NCBI GenBank assembly: GCA_041497115.1
Contig: JBGQFW010000002.1
Span: 20,476 to 84,475 of the forward strand
Length of the DNA stretch: 64,000 bases
Direction of reading: 5' to 3'
DNA from: Candidatus Methylomirabilia bacterium
GTDB taxonomy: Bacteria > Methylomirabilota > Methylomirabilia > Rokubacteriales > CSP1-6
Shown: one piece after another, positions 35,255-45,010 of the stretch
How positions within the stretch are numbered: the first letter of the stretch is position 1
Layout of the letters: every line of letters starts with the position of its first letter
Notes under the pieces: model-generated
What the model saw: only the letters and a program-made list of their open reading frames with translations
Told to the model about the DNA's origin: nothing
Database searches by the model: none
Translations under genes and position numbers: made by a program

Positions 35255-36135
35255 CCTGCGCCGAGAGCCGCGATCTCTTCTCCGCGCGCGCCGACGGCGC
35301 GCTGACGGCGGCCGAGCGCGACGGGCTCGAGGCCCACCTGGCGTCGTGCGCCGACTGCCGGCGCGAGTGGCAGCGCTTCGCGGCGACGGTGGGGCTGCTG
35401 CAGGCGGTGGAGCCCGCCCGCGCGCCGGCCGGGTTCGTCGAGCGCGTGGTGGCGGCGGCCCGCCCGCAGCCGTGGCCACGCCGGCTGCTGCGCGGCGTGC
35501 TCGTGCCCTGGCCGGTCAAGCTCCCGCTGGAGGCCGCCGCGGTGGTGCTCGTGGCCGGCCTCGCCGTGCTGATCTTCCAGCGCTCGCCGGAGCTGCAGCG
35601 CGCGACGCGCGCCCCCGAGCCGCCGGCGGCGACCCCGTCGGCGCCGGCGCCCGCCGTCCCGGCCGAGCGCGAAGCGCCGCGGCCGACCGACGCGCTGCGC
35701 TTCATGGCGCCCGAGCGCGCGGCGCCGCCGATGGGCGCCGCGGCGCCGCCGCCCGAGAAGGAGGCGCTCCAGCACGCGCCGGAGACGCCGGCCGCGAAGA
35801 CGGAGGCGGCCGCCCGTCGTGACGCCGCCGACCGTCCGGCCCCGGCGGCGCCCTCCCTGCTCCTGTCCCGCTCCGTCGCGCGGCCGTCCGACGTCGAGGC
35901 GCGGCTGTCCGTCGCCGATCGCGCGGCCGCCGCGCGCGAGATCGCGGCGCTCGTCGCCCGCCTCGGCGGCACGCTGGTCCCGCCCGGCGAGGAGGGCCCG
36001 CTGCAGATCCGGCTGTCGCGCGAGGCCTACGCCGCCCTCGCGCGCGAGCTGGCGCGCCTGGGATCGTTCCGCATCGAGCGCCAGCCTGCCGAGCTGCCGG
36101 CGAGCGTCCTCGTCACGCTGCGCCTGACCGACTGA
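35251..36135 (+). CDS. Anti-sigma factor (zf-HC2), single-pass membrane protein
   Basis: HLASCADC (H-x3-C-x2-C), one TM helix (AAAVVLVAGLAVLIF), and a P/A-rich linker plus C-terminal domain. ATGA overlap with the sigma gene. Confidence 0.8.
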   Translation: MTCAESRDLFSARADGALTAAERDGLEAHLASCADCRREWQRFAATVGLLQAVEPARAPAGFVERVVAAARPQPWPRRLLRGVLVPWPVKLPLEAAAVVLVAGLAVLIFQRSPELQRATRAPEPPAATPSAPAPAVPAEREAPRPTDALRFMAPERAAPPMGAAAPPPEKEALQHAPETPAAKTEAAARRDAADRPAPAAPSLLLSRSVARPSDVEARLSVADRAAAAREIAALVARLGGTLVPPGEEGPLQIRLSREAYAALARELARLGSFRIERQPAELPASVLVTLRLTD

Positions 36136-36147
36136 CGGGCGCGAGGC

Positions 36148-36570
36148 TCAGGCCGGGCGGCGCAGCGCGCTGGCGACGAGATGGTCGAGGTACGGGAACT
36201 TCACGGGCTTGGGCAGGTAGGAGAACGCGCCGTCCTTGATCACCTCGCCGGCGACGCGTGTGCTCTCGTTGCCGGTGACCATGATGACCGGGATCGTCGA
36301 GTCGATGGCGCGGATCGCGCGCAGCGCGGCCGCGCCGTCCATCCCGGGCATCTCGATGTCGAGCAGCACCAGCGCCGGCCGCCGGCGGCGCACCGCGGCC
36401 ACCGCCTCGGCGCCGTCGGCGGCCGTCTCGACCGCATAGCCGCGCGGGACGTACTCCTGCTGGAAGTACGCGACGAGCACCGCGCGCACCGACGCCTCGT
36501 CGTCCACGACCAGGATGGTTCCGGCCGACGCCTCGGTCACGAGGGCGACGATAACATCTGACCGGGGCAC
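36148..36570 (-). CDS. Single-domain (CheY-like) response regulator
   Basis: ILVVDDE, LVLLDIEMPGMDG, VIMVTG, YLPKP. Confidence 0.85.
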   Translation of the reverse strand: MPRSDVIVALVTEASAGTILVVDDEASVRAVLVAYFQQEYVPRGYAVETAADGAEAVAAVRRRRPALVLLDIEMPGMDGAAALRAIRAIDSTIPVIMVTGNESTRVAGEVIKDGAFSYLPKPVKFPYLDHLVASALRRPA

Positions 36571-36690
36571 CGCAGTAGTGTGGACGAAAACTGACCGGCC
36601 CGGGACAGTCTGGCGTCAGAAACAGCCGGGACAACAGGCAGTTAGCTGCCACGTCGCCCTGGTGTTTCGATTGCACCACGATCGAATCCA

Positions 36691-38115
36691 GTGAGCCAGT
36701 CGACAAAGCCCAGACGGCTGATCAACGGCGGGCCCGTGGCCGAGCCGCCGGCGGTGGTCCGCCCGGCGGCCGTCGCGCCCGTCGAGCGCCCGGCGAGCGA
36801 CGAGACCCGTGCGCTCGCGCAGGCGAGGCGCCGGCAGCGCAGCCTGCGCCAGGAGTTCGGCGTCCGCCTCGCGGTCACCGCGCTGCTGCTGGTGTTCTGC
36901 GAGGCGGTCGCGGTCGACCACGTCGTCGCCTCCGTCGTCCGCCTCACCGCGGTGATCGGTCTCGTCTTGAACGTGCCGTACTACCTGGCGATCCGCACGG
37001 GCTTCCACCTGCGGGCCCAGGCGTATCTGCGGATGCTGATCGACGTCGGCCTCATCACCGCCGGCCTCTACGGCGCCGGCGGCCTCGGCGCCGCCCCGTA
37101 CATCGGCGTCTACGCGATCGTGCCCGTCTACACGGCCTTCGTCTTCTCGAGCCACGCCTGCGTGCTGGCCACCGCGTTCGCCACGCTCACCTATCTCGCC
37201 GTGGCCTTCTCGCAAGTGGCCGGCGTGCTGCCGTACACGCGGCCGCCGCTGCCGGAGGCCGGGCTGATCGCCGCCTTCAACCTGCTCGCGCTGAACATCG
37301 TCGGCGGGCTGGCCGCGCTGCTGGCCGAGGCCTACCGCGCGAGCCGCCACCGGCTGGCCGCGCTCTACGACGAGCTGGCGCGCGCCCACGACGAGTCGCT
37401 CAAGCTCACCGTCGAGATCCAGGCGGCGGCCCGGCGCTACGTGCTGAGCGAGGTGGTGGCCGGCGTCACCCACGACGTGCGCAACGCGCTGCAGGGCGCG
37501 TTCGGCCACCTGTGGCTGGCGCGGCGCACGGGGCATCCCCTGGCGCCCGAGGCGGCGGCGCACCTCGAGCAGGTCGAGCAGGCCTGCGAGAGCGCGATGC
37601 GGATCATCCGCACCACGCTGGACATGGCGCGCCGTCCCACGCCCGGGCGCGAGGTGGTCCGGATCCCCGACGTCGTCCGGCGCGTGGCCGAGCTCAAGAC
37701 GTTCGACCTGCGCCGCGACGGCATCGCGCTGCAGGTCGCGATGCCCGACGGGCTGCCGCGCGTGCTCGCCTCGCCCTACCAGCTGCAGCAGGTGCTGCTC
37801 AACGTGGTCGGCAACGCCCAGGACGAGCTGCGGGTGAGCGCGGGGCGGCGGGAGATCGGGATCGCCGGGCTCACGGCGCCGGGCCACGTGGTCGTCGAGG
37901 TGTGGGACACCGGTCCGGGCTTCGCCCCCGGCGTCCTGCCGCACGTGTTCGAGCCCTTCTACACCACGAAGGCGACCGGTACCGGGCTGGGGCTGGCGGT
38001 CTCGGCCGGCATCATCGAGGCCTTCGGCGGCACCATCGCCGTCGAGAACCGCCGCGAGGGCGGCGCGCTCTTCCGCCTCACCCTGCCCGCCGCTGACGGC
38101 GCGCCGCCCGACTGA
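36691..38115 (+). CDS. Membrane sensor histidine kinase
   Basis: About 5 N-terminal TM helices, an H-box (VAGVTHDVRNAL), and HATPase (LLNVVGNA, DTGPGF, GTGLGLA). Confidence 0.9.
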   Translation: MSQSTKPRRLINGGPVAEPPAVVRPAAVAPVERPASDETRALAQARRRQRSLRQEFGVRLAVTALLLVFCEAVAVDHVVASVVRLTAVIGLVLNVPYYLAIRTGFHLRAQAYLRMLIDVGLITAGLYGAGGLGAAPYIGVYAIVPVYTAFVFSSHACVLATAFATLTYLAVAFSQVAGVLPYTRPPLPEAGLIAAFNLLALNIVGGLAALLAEAYRASRHRLAALYDELARAHDESLKLTVEIQAAARRYVLSEVVAGVTHDVRNALQGAFGHLWLARRTGHPLAPEAAAHLEQVEQACESAMRIIRTTLDMARRPTPGREVVRIPDVVRRVAELKTFDLRRDGIALQVAMPDGLPRVLASPYQLQQVLLNVVGNAQDELRVSAGRREIGIAGLTAPGHVVVEVWDTGPGFAPGVLPHVFEPFYTTKATGTGLGLAVSAGIIEAFGGTIAVENRREGGALFRLTLPAADGAPPD

Positions 38116-38173
38116 CGGCGGCCGCCGCCGAATTTCCTGCGAGGATCGGACCGCCACCCGGTTTAATGGCGGT

Positions 38174-38680
38174 GTGGAGCTGCTGCCGAGAGAAGAGGTA
38201 GCCCTCCTGCTGGGAAGCCTGACGGCCTGCGGCTTCCTCGTCCTCGGTATCCTCGACGTGCTCTGGCCTCCTGCCCCGAGTCGGCGGCGCGCGAGCCCCC
38301 GCTCGTCGTCGAAGGCGCCGGCGGCGCCGCCCGCCGCAGTTCCGCCGCCGGCGTCCTCCGACGAGCCGCGTCCGCTCCCCCCGGCGCCGCCCGCGCTGAG
38401 CGTCGGACGGCTGCTCCTGGGGCATGCGCGCGGCGAGACCAACCTCGAGCGCCGGGTGACCATCCTCACGCGCGCCGTCGCCGGGCTCACCCGCAGCGCG
38501 CAGGCCGCCCCGGCCGACACGGAATTGGCGGCGACGCTGGCGGCGTCACGGGCGCTCCTGTGGGAGACGTGGGAGCAGATCGCGCTGGCCCGGCTGGCCG
38601 CCGCGATGCCCTGGGGCGCCACCGCGCTGACCGCCGCGCCGGGCGAGTCCCGCCTGGCGGCGGCCACCCGCCCGGCCTGA
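38174..38680 (+). CDS. Hypothetical membrane-anchored protein
   Basis: GTG start, one N-terminal hydrophobic helix, a P/A-rich stretch, and no recognisable domain. Confidence 0.4.
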   Translation: MELLPREEVALLLGSLTACGFLVLGILDVLWPPAPSRRRASPRSSSKAPAAPPAAVPPPASSDEPRPLPPAPPALSVGRLLLGHARGETNLERRVTILTRAVAGLTRSAQAAPADTELAATLAASRALLWETWEQIALARLAAAMPWGATALTAAPGESRLAAATRPA

Positions 38681-38681
38681 C

Positions 38682-39209
38682 CTAGTTCGCCGAGCCGATC
38701 CTACGGAGCAGGCGCCGGATGCTCGGGTGAGCGTCCCCGTGCGGGTCCGTCAACAGCACGTCACCGATCTGCGCCGTCGGCTGGCTGGTGCGCGGGTCGC
38801 GAACCGGCTCGAGCACGACCTGACACTCGCTCGTCCGCGAGGACGATGCGCCCTCCGACTCCTGCTGCACCAGGCGGCCGCCCGGCTCGACGGTCCATCG
38901 CGCCGTGCCGGGGGTCCTCGCCAGCGCGCGCTGCTCTTCGGGCGAGAACGGCAGCGTCGAGGCCACGTACACCATCGTGGCGTCGGCGTGGAAGACGTAG
39001 CGCTGGTGCGGCTGAAAGGCCGGGTCCGCGCGGTCCACCTCGACGCCGGACGGGACCCCCAGCCGCAGCACGCGCCAGATGCCGGGCAGGTCGGTGCGCC
39101 GGCACGGGCGCATGGGCGTGTCGGGCTCGACGGCGACCGCCGGCGCCGCGGCGAGCACCGCCAGCGCCAGCGCCGGCACGGCCCGGCGCGCGACCGACCC
39201 GACCCTCAC
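38682..39209 (-). CDS. Hypothetical secreted protein coupled to ftsK
   Basis: The GTG is in a GTGA overlap with the ftsK stop. Signal-like ARRAVPALALAVLAAAPAVA. No recognisable domain. Confidence 0.55.
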   Translation of the reverse strand: MRVGSVARRAVPALALAVLAAAPAVAVEPDTPMRPCRRTDLPGIWRVLRLGVPSGVEVDRADPAFQPHQRYVFHADATMVYVASTLPFSPEEQRALARTPGTARWTVEPGGRLVQQESEGASSSRTSECQVVLEPVRDPRTSQPTAQIGDVLLTDPHGDAHPSIRRLLRRIGSAN

Positions 39210-41434
39210 CGACCGGCTCTTTGTAGAAATTCCGGCCCGACGAGGATCTCGCGCGGCTTGGCGCCCTGGCCGGGGCCGATGATCCGGTCCTGCTCCATCA
39301 TGTCGATGAAGCGGGCGGCCTTGGGATAGCCGAGGCTCATCCGCCGCTGCAGGAACGAGATGGACCCCTGCCGCTGGCCGATCACGAGCCGCACGCAGTC
39401 CCAGTAGAGATCGTCGCGCTCGGCGCCGGCGTCGCCGTCCTCGCCGCCGCCGCCGGCGGCCGGCAGCACGATCTCCTCGTAGAGGGCCGTGCCCTGCTTG
39501 CGCAAGAACTCGCAGACGGCCTTGACCTCGTCGTCGGCGACCCAGGCGCCGTGCACCCGCATCTGCTTGTTGGCCCCCGGCGGCACGTAGATCATGTCGC
39601 CGCGGCCGAGCAGCTGCTCGGCGCCGTTGCCGTCGAGCACCGTGCGCGAATCCACCTTCGAGGCGACCTGGAAGGCGATGCGCGTCGGAAAGTTCGCCTT
39701 GATCAGGCCGGTCACCACATCGACCGACGGTCGCTGGGTCGCGATGATCAGGTGAATCCCGACCGCGCGCGCGATCTGCGCCAGCCGCACCAGCGAGGTC
39801 TGGACGTCGCCCGCCGAGACCAGCATGAGGTCGGCCAGCTCGTCCACGACCACCACCCAGTAGGGCAGCCGCTCCTCGGCGGTGACCGCGCGGTTGTACC
39901 CTTCGATGTTCCGCACCTGCTTGGCCTGCAGCGTGCGGTAGCGCTCGTCCATCTTGCCGACGATCCAGCGCAGGCGGGCCGCCGCCTCCTTGGCGTCGGT
40001 CACGACGGGCGCCAGCAGGTGCGGGATGCTCTCGTACACCGAGAGCTCGAGCCGCTTGGGGTCGATCATCAGGAAGCGCACGTCGGCGGGCGTGGCCTTG
40101 TAGAGGATCGAGCAGATCATCGCGCTGAGGCCGACCGACTTGCCGCTGCCGGTGGCGCCGGCGATCAGCAGGTGCGGCATCGCGGTGAGATCGGCCACGA
40201 CCGCCTGCCCCTGCACGTCCTTGCCGAGCGCCAGCGGCAGCTTGCCCTTGGACTCGGCGAACTCCGGCGACACGAAGATCTCGCGCAGGTACACGATGGA
40301 GTGGTCGTCGTTGGGCACCTCGATGGCGACGGTGCCGCGCCCCGGGATGGGGCCCACGATGCGGACGGACGCCGACTTGAGCGCCAGCGCCAGGTCGTCG
40401 GCGAGGTTCACCACCTGGCTCACCTTCACGCCGGCGGCCGGCTCGAACTCGTACGAGGTGATGATCGGCCCCGGACTGACCTGCACGATCCGGCCGTCGA
40501 CCTCGAAGTCCTGCAGCTTGCGGCGGAGGATCTCCGCGTTGTCCTGCAGCTCCTCGCGCGTGCGCTTGAGCTCCTCGGGGGGCGGCGGCTTGAGCAGCCC
40601 GACCGGTGGCAGCTGGAACGCCTGGGCGCCGCCCCTGCCGAAGTCGAACGTCTCCTGCCAGGCGAGCCCCTGCTCCATCAGCCGGCCGCGCGGCCGGGCC
40701 GGCTCCACGACCAGCGGCGGCTGGACGGCGTCCGGCTCCGCGCCCGCCGGCGCGACGCCGGGCGCCGTCGTGTCGAGCTCGAGCCGGGGCGTCGCCGGGC
40801 GCGCCCGGCGCGCGCGGCGCAGCCGGGCCAGGCGCGCGGCCGCCAGCCGCGCCACCGCCGTGTAGGACGCCTGCGTGACGAGCAGCACGCCGACGGGCAC
40901 CGCGGCCGCCAGGACGAGCCAGGCGCCGAACCGCCCGAGCGCCGCGTGCAGCGCGGCCGCCAGCGCCCAGCCGACCGAGCCGCCCGTCGCGACGATACCG
41001 CCGCGGGTCACCCGCTCGGCGACGAACGTGTCGGCCGCCTGCTGCAGCAGGCCGGCGGCGGCGAGCAGCAGGACGCCGAGGCCGGCCAGCACCACCCAGC
41101 CGCGCGCGATCTTCGGGCGCACGAACGCCGACACGCCCCACGCGCCGAGCAGCAGCGGCAGCAGGAACCCGGCGTAGCCGAGGACGCGGAAGAGCGCCCA
41201 GCCGAGCCACCAGCCGACCGGCCCCACGCTCGTCGCCTGCTCGCCGGGCGGCACCGCCGGATCGAAGACGGCGAGGGACACCAGCGCGAAGCCGGCGAGC
41301 GCGACGGCGAGGATCCCGCGCGCCTCGCGCACCCAGCGGCGCGCCTCGACCTTCCGGCGCGGCTTCCTGGCGCGGGACGCCGCCGGCTTCGGCGGCGCGG
41401 GCTTGTCGGTCTCGACGGAGACGATGGCGGGCAT
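39206..41434 (-). CDS. ftsK: DNA translocase FtsK
   Basis: N-terminal TM helices, the motor domain (Walker A GATGSGKS, VVVVDELADLM), and a C-terminal gamma winged-helix (ISFLQRRMSLGYPKAARFIDMME). ATG at 41434, in a TGATG overlap with the rnj stop. Confidence 0.95.
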   Translation of the reverse strand: MPAIVSVETDKPAPPKPAASRARKPRRKVEARRWVREARGILAVALAGFALVSLAVFDPAVPPGEQATSVGPVGWWLGWALFRVLGYAGFLLPLLLGAWGVSAFVRPKIARGWVVLAGLGVLLLAAAGLLQQAADTFVAERVTRGGIVATGGSVGWALAAALHAALGRFGAWLVLAAAVPVGVLLVTQASYTAVARLAAARLARLRRARRARPATPRLELDTTAPGVAPAGAEPDAVQPPLVVEPARPRGRLMEQGLAWQETFDFGRGGAQAFQLPPVGLLKPPPPEELKRTREELQDNAEILRRKLQDFEVDGRIVQVSPGPIITSYEFEPAAGVKVSQVVNLADDLALALKSASVRIVGPIPGRGTVAIEVPNDDHSIVYLREIFVSPEFAESKGKLPLALGKDVQGQAVVADLTAMPHLLIAGATGSGKSVGLSAMICSILYKATPADVRFLMIDPKRLELSVYESIPHLLAPVVTDAKEAAARLRWIVGKMDERYRTLQAKQVRNIEGYNRAVTAEERLPYWVVVVDELADLMLVSAGDVQTSLVRLAQIARAVGIHLIIATQRPSVDVVTGLIKANFPTRIAFQVASKVDSRTVLDGNGAEQLLGRGDMIYVPPGANKQMRVHGAWVADDEVKAVCEFLRKQGTALYEEIVLPAAGGGGEDGDAGAERDDLYWDCVRLVIGQRQGSISFLQRRMSLGYPKAARFIDMMEQDRIIGPGQGAKPREILVGPEFLQRAGR

Positions 41435-43110
41435 CACACCTCCAGGATCATCGGCAGCACCACGGGCTTGCGCTGCAGGCGCTGGTTGACGAGCTGACGG
41501 ACGGTCGTGCGGATCCGGCTTCCCATCGCCTCGCGGTCCCACGGCTCGTCGGGCGCGCGCTCGGCGAGGGCCGCCACCACCGCCGCCCGCAGCTCCTCGA
41601 GCAGCGCCTCGTTCTCCCTCACGTGGAACACGCCGCGCGAGGCGATCTCGGGGCCGGTCACGAGCGCGCCCTTGGCGTCCACCGCCAGCGAGACGGCGAT
41701 CACGCCGTCGTCGGCGAGGATCTCGCGGTCGCGCAGCACGACCGCGCCGACGTCGCCGATCCCCTTGCCGTCCACCAGCACGCGGCCGGCAGGAAAGCCG
41801 TCCACGACGCGCGCCGCCGTCTTGGTGACCTCGAGACCGGCGCCGTCCTCGATGAGGAAGATCCGGTCGGCGGGCAGGCCGACCGACGCCGCCAGCCGCG
41901 CGTGGCCGAGCAGGTGGCGGTACTCGCCGTGCACGGGGATGAAGTAGCGCGGCCGCGTGAGATTCAGCATGAGCTTGAGGTCTTCCTGGCTGGCGTGGCC
42001 GGAGACGTGCACGAAGGCGTTGTCGTCGTAGAGCACCTCGGCGCCCCGGCGGTACAGGGCGTTGATCACGCGGCCGATCGTGCGCTCGTGGCCGGGGATC
42101 ACGCGGGCGGAGAGGACGACGAGGTCGCCGCGGAGGACCTGCACGTACTTGTGCTCGCCGGCGGCCATGAGGGCCAGCGCCGAGTGCGGCTCGCCCTGAC
42201 TGCCGGTCGAGAGGATGAGCTGGCGCGCCGGCGGCAGCCCGACCACGTCCTCCAGCGGCTGGATGAGGCCGTCGGGCACCGTGAGATAGCCCAGCTCGGC
42301 CGCCATCGCCACGTTGCGGTCCATCGAGCGGCCGAGCAGCGCCACCGTGCGGCCGAAGCGCGCGGCGAGCGTGAGCACCTGCTGGATGCGGTGGATGTGC
42401 GAGGCGAAGGTGGCCAGGATGATGCGCCCGGTGGCGACCGCGAAGCGCTTGGCGAGCGCCGCGCCCACCTCGATCTCCGAGCGCGTGTGGCCGGGACGAT
42501 CCACGTTGGTCGAGTCCGAGCAGAGCACGAGCACGCCCTGCTCGCCCAGCTCGGCGAAGCGCCGATAGTCGGAGGGCTGGCCGTCGAGCGGGCTCGGGTC
42601 GAGCTTGAAGTCGCCGGTGAGCACGAGCGTGCCGATCGGCGTGTCGATCGCCAGCCCCATGCCGTCCACGATCGAGTGGGTGACGCGGATCGGCTCGACC
42701 CCGAACGGCCCGACCTCGAACCGCTGCCGCGCGCGCATCGGCCGCAGGTCGGCGCCCTCCAGCAGGCCGTGCTCGCGGAGCTTGTCGCTCACCAGCGCCA
42801 GCGTCAGCGGCGTGCCGTACACCGGCACGTGCACCTGGCGCAGCAGGTAGGGGAGCGCGCCGATGTGGTCCTCGTGCCCGTGGGTCAGCACCACCGCCCG
42901 GAACCCCTCGCGGCGGGCGAGCGCGTAGGTGAAGTCGGGGATGACGTAGTCGACGCCGAGCAGCTCGTCGTCGGGAAACATGAGGCCGCAGTCCACGGCG
43001 ACGAGGTCGTCCCCGGACTCGATGAGCATCATGTTCAGGCCGATCTCGCCGAGGCCGCCCAGCGGGATCAGCCGGATGGCGGGCTCGGCGGCGACGAGCG
43101 AGGGCTCCAC
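41434..43110 (-). CDS. rnj: Ribonuclease J
   Basis: IRLIPLGGLGEIGLNMM, THGHEDHIGALPYLL, beta-CASP, and the C-terminal domain. Confidence 0.95.
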   Translation of the reverse strand: MEPSLVAAEPAIRLIPLGGLGEIGLNMMLIESGDDLVAVDCGLMFPDDELLGVDYVIPDFTYALARREGFRAVVLTHGHEDHIGALPYLLRQVHVPVYGTPLTLALVSDKLREHGLLEGADLRPMRARQRFEVGPFGVEPIRVTHSIVDGMGLAIDTPIGTLVLTGDFKLDPSPLDGQPSDYRRFAELGEQGVLVLCSDSTNVDRPGHTRSEIEVGAALAKRFAVATGRIILATFASHIHRIQQVLTLAARFGRTVALLGRSMDRNVAMAAELGYLTVPDGLIQPLEDVVGLPPARQLILSTGSQGEPHSALALMAAGEHKYVQVLRGDLVVLSARVIPGHERTIGRVINALYRRGAEVLYDDNAFVHVSGHASQEDLKLMLNLTRPRYFIPVHGEYRHLLGHARLAASVGLPADRIFLIEDGAGLEVTKTAARVVDGFPAGRVLVDGKGIGDVGAVVLRDREILADDGVIAVSLAVDAKGALVTGPEIASRGVFHVRENEALLEELRAAVVAALAERAPDEPWDREAMGSRIRTTVRQLVNQRLQRKPVVLPMILEV

Positions 43111-43215
43111 GGCGACTCCTTTCGACGCGTCATGTCATCGTAGCACCCGCCCTCGGCGGGCCGAAGTTTTGCGGGCCCGGCGCCCCCGCCGGCGCGCCGA
43201 CGGTATAGTGCGCGG

Positions 43216-43833
43216 GTGCCGCTGCGACGGACGCGCTACCCGAGGCTGGACGCGCTCCTCGCGCGCGAGCTCGTGCGCGAGGAGGAGCCCGCCACCGCGG
43301 CGCTCATCCGCGCGCTGGCCGGCGTGCGGCGCCGCGGCGCGTTCACCCGCGCCGAGTTCCTGCGCATGTGCCGGTGGAAGAGCCCGCGGGCGCAGCACCT
43401 GTGGGAGGCCAACTCTGCCGCGCGCGTGCGCGCGGTATCCCGCGCGGTGCTGGCGACGCGCGACGAGCGGATCCGGATGGCGCGGCTGACCGGGCTCTCC
43501 GGCGTGGGGGTGCCGATGGCCTCGGCGATCCTGACGCTGATCGATCCGCGCCGCTACGGCGTGCTCGACATCCGCGCCTGGCAGCTCCTGTTCGCGCTCG
43601 GCTCGGTCGCCGCCAACCGCCGCGGCCAGGGGTTCACCCTCGCCCAGTGGCAGCAGTACCTCGCCGCCCTCCGCCACCACGCCCGCCGCCTGCGCGTCAC
43701 CGCCCGCGCCATCGAGTACACGCTTTTCCTCTGCCACCGCAAACTGCAACAGGGGACGCTCTACGCGCCCCCTCCGAGTGCTAGAAGCGGGAGGCTTCCT
43801 CGAGGCGGCGCACGAGGCCACGCGCCTGGGTGA
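43216..43833 (+). CDS. Hypothetical protein with a helix-hairpin-helix-like motif (OGG-fold/HhH-GPD-like)
   Basis: LTGLSGVGVPMASAILTLIDPRRYGVLDIRAWQLL resembles an HhH motif. It is the only plus-strand gene between 38.7 and 64 kb. Its 3' end overlaps the convergent M23 gene by 53 nt. Confidence 0.6.
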   Translation: MPLRRTRYPRLDALLARELVREEEPATAALIRALAGVRRRGAFTRAEFLRMCRWKSPRAQHLWEANSAARVRAVSRAVLATRDERIRMARLTGLSGVGVPMASAILTLIDPRRYGVLDIRAWQLLFALGSVAANRRGQGFTLAQWQQYLAALRHHARRLRVTARAIEYTLFLCHRKLQQGTLYAPPPSARSGRLPRGGARGHAPG

Positions 43834-45004
43834 CGAAGCGGCCGTGCTCGGCGCCGGCGAGCGGCTCGCCGGGGATGAAGCGCTCGCCGAGCGGGTTGAC
43901 GAACTGGCCGTGGCGGGCGACGCGGTAGTCGAGGTGCGGTCCGGTGCTGAGCCCGGTCGAGCCGACGTAGCCGATGACCTGGCGCTGGCGCACGCGGCCG
44001 CCCGCGCGCACGCCGGGTGCGAGCCCCGAGAGGTGGTTGTACTGCGTCTCGAAGCCGGCGCGATGGCGCAGGTGCACCTGGATGCCGTTGCCGCCGTTCC
44101 AGCCGGCCGCCACCACCGTGCCGTCGGCGACCGCGCGCACCGGCGTGCCGACCGGTGCGGCGTAGTCCACGGCGAGGTGCGGCCGCACGCCGCCGAGGAT
44201 CGGGTGCGGGCGCGCCCAGGTGAAGCCGGAGGTGATCCGGGTGAACTCGAGCGGCGATTTCAGGAAGCTCTTCCGGAGCGAGCGCCCGTCGGGGTCGTAG
44301 TACCCGGCCTGGCCGCCGGCCGGCTCCCAGGCCACACCGGTGAGGACGCGGCCGTCGCTCAGATACTGGGCGACCAGGACCTGGCCGTAGTCCACGAACT
44401 GATCGCCGGCGTAGCGCTTCTCGACGAGGAGCCGGAAGCGGTCGCCGGCGCGCGTGTCGGCGGTGAAGTCGAAGTCCGAGGAGAAGATCTCGACGAGCTC
44501 CATCACGAGCTGCGGCGACTCGCCGAGGGCCTCCACCGACTCGAACAGCGAGCGTCGCACCTCGCCGTGCACCGCCTCCACGCGCACGTCGGGGCGCGTC
44601 TCCCCCCGGCGCACCTCCCAGCCGGCGCCGGTCGCGACGGCGGCGAAGCCCAGCCACGGGCTCGGCTCCCAGCGCACCCCGATCGGGTCGCCGTCGAGCG
44701 TCCAGGTGATCTCGAGCGCGTCGTGCGGCTTGAGCCGGCGCAGGTCGGCGCCGCTCGCGTAGAGCGCCGCGGCGACGTCGCTCGCGGCGCGCCGGTCGAA
44801 CCCCTGGCGGCCGAGCGCCGTCGTGAGGGTGTCACCCGGCCGGAGCGCCACCGTGCTCGTGCGCACGGCCGGCGCCGGCGGCGCGGCGGGGGGCGGCGCC
44901 ACGGCCGTCCGCGACGGCCCGGGCGGCGTGAAGACGCCGAGCGTCGTGGCGGCCAGCAGCGCCGTGAGGAGCAGCGCGAGCAGCAGCGGACGGCGAGCCA
45001 TCAA
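43781..45004 (-). CDS. M23-family metallopeptidase (Csd3/OapA-like N-terminal domains)
   Basis: HLAVDYAAPVGTPVRAVADGTV, GNGIQVHL.H..G..T.Y.HLS, GSTGLSTGPHLDY. N-terminal signal/TM. Confidence 0.9.
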   Translation of the reverse strand: MMARRPLLLALLLTALLAATTLGVFTPPGPSRTAVAPPPAAPPAPAVRTSTVALRPGDTLTTALGRQGFDRRAASDVAAALYASGADLRRLKPHDALEITWTLDGDPIGVRWEPSPWLGFAAVATGAGWEVRRGETRPDVRVEAVHGEVRRSLFESVEALGESPQLVMELVEIFSSDFDFTADTRAGDRFRLLVEKRYAGDQFVDYGQVLVAQYLSDGRVLTGVAWEPAGGQAGYYDPDGRSLRKSFLKSPLEFTRITSGFTWARPHPILGGVRPHLAVDYAAPVGTPVRAVADGTVVAAGWNGGNGIQVHLRHRAGFETQYNHLSGLAPGVRAGGRVRQRQVIGYVGSTGLSTGPHLDYRVARHGQFVNPLGERFIPGEPLAGAEHGRFVTQARGLVRRLEEASRF

Positions 45005-45010
45005 CTTCCA

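Noticed and set aside
36660-36700. A tRNA-like T-loop sequence (GATCGAATCC...AGCCA) upstream of the histidine kinase.
   Set aside because: The flanking bases do not form a T-stem (ccacg vs ccagt). No acceptor, D or anticodon arms can be drawn. It is better read as one arm of the TTCGAT-N9-ATCGAA palindrome.
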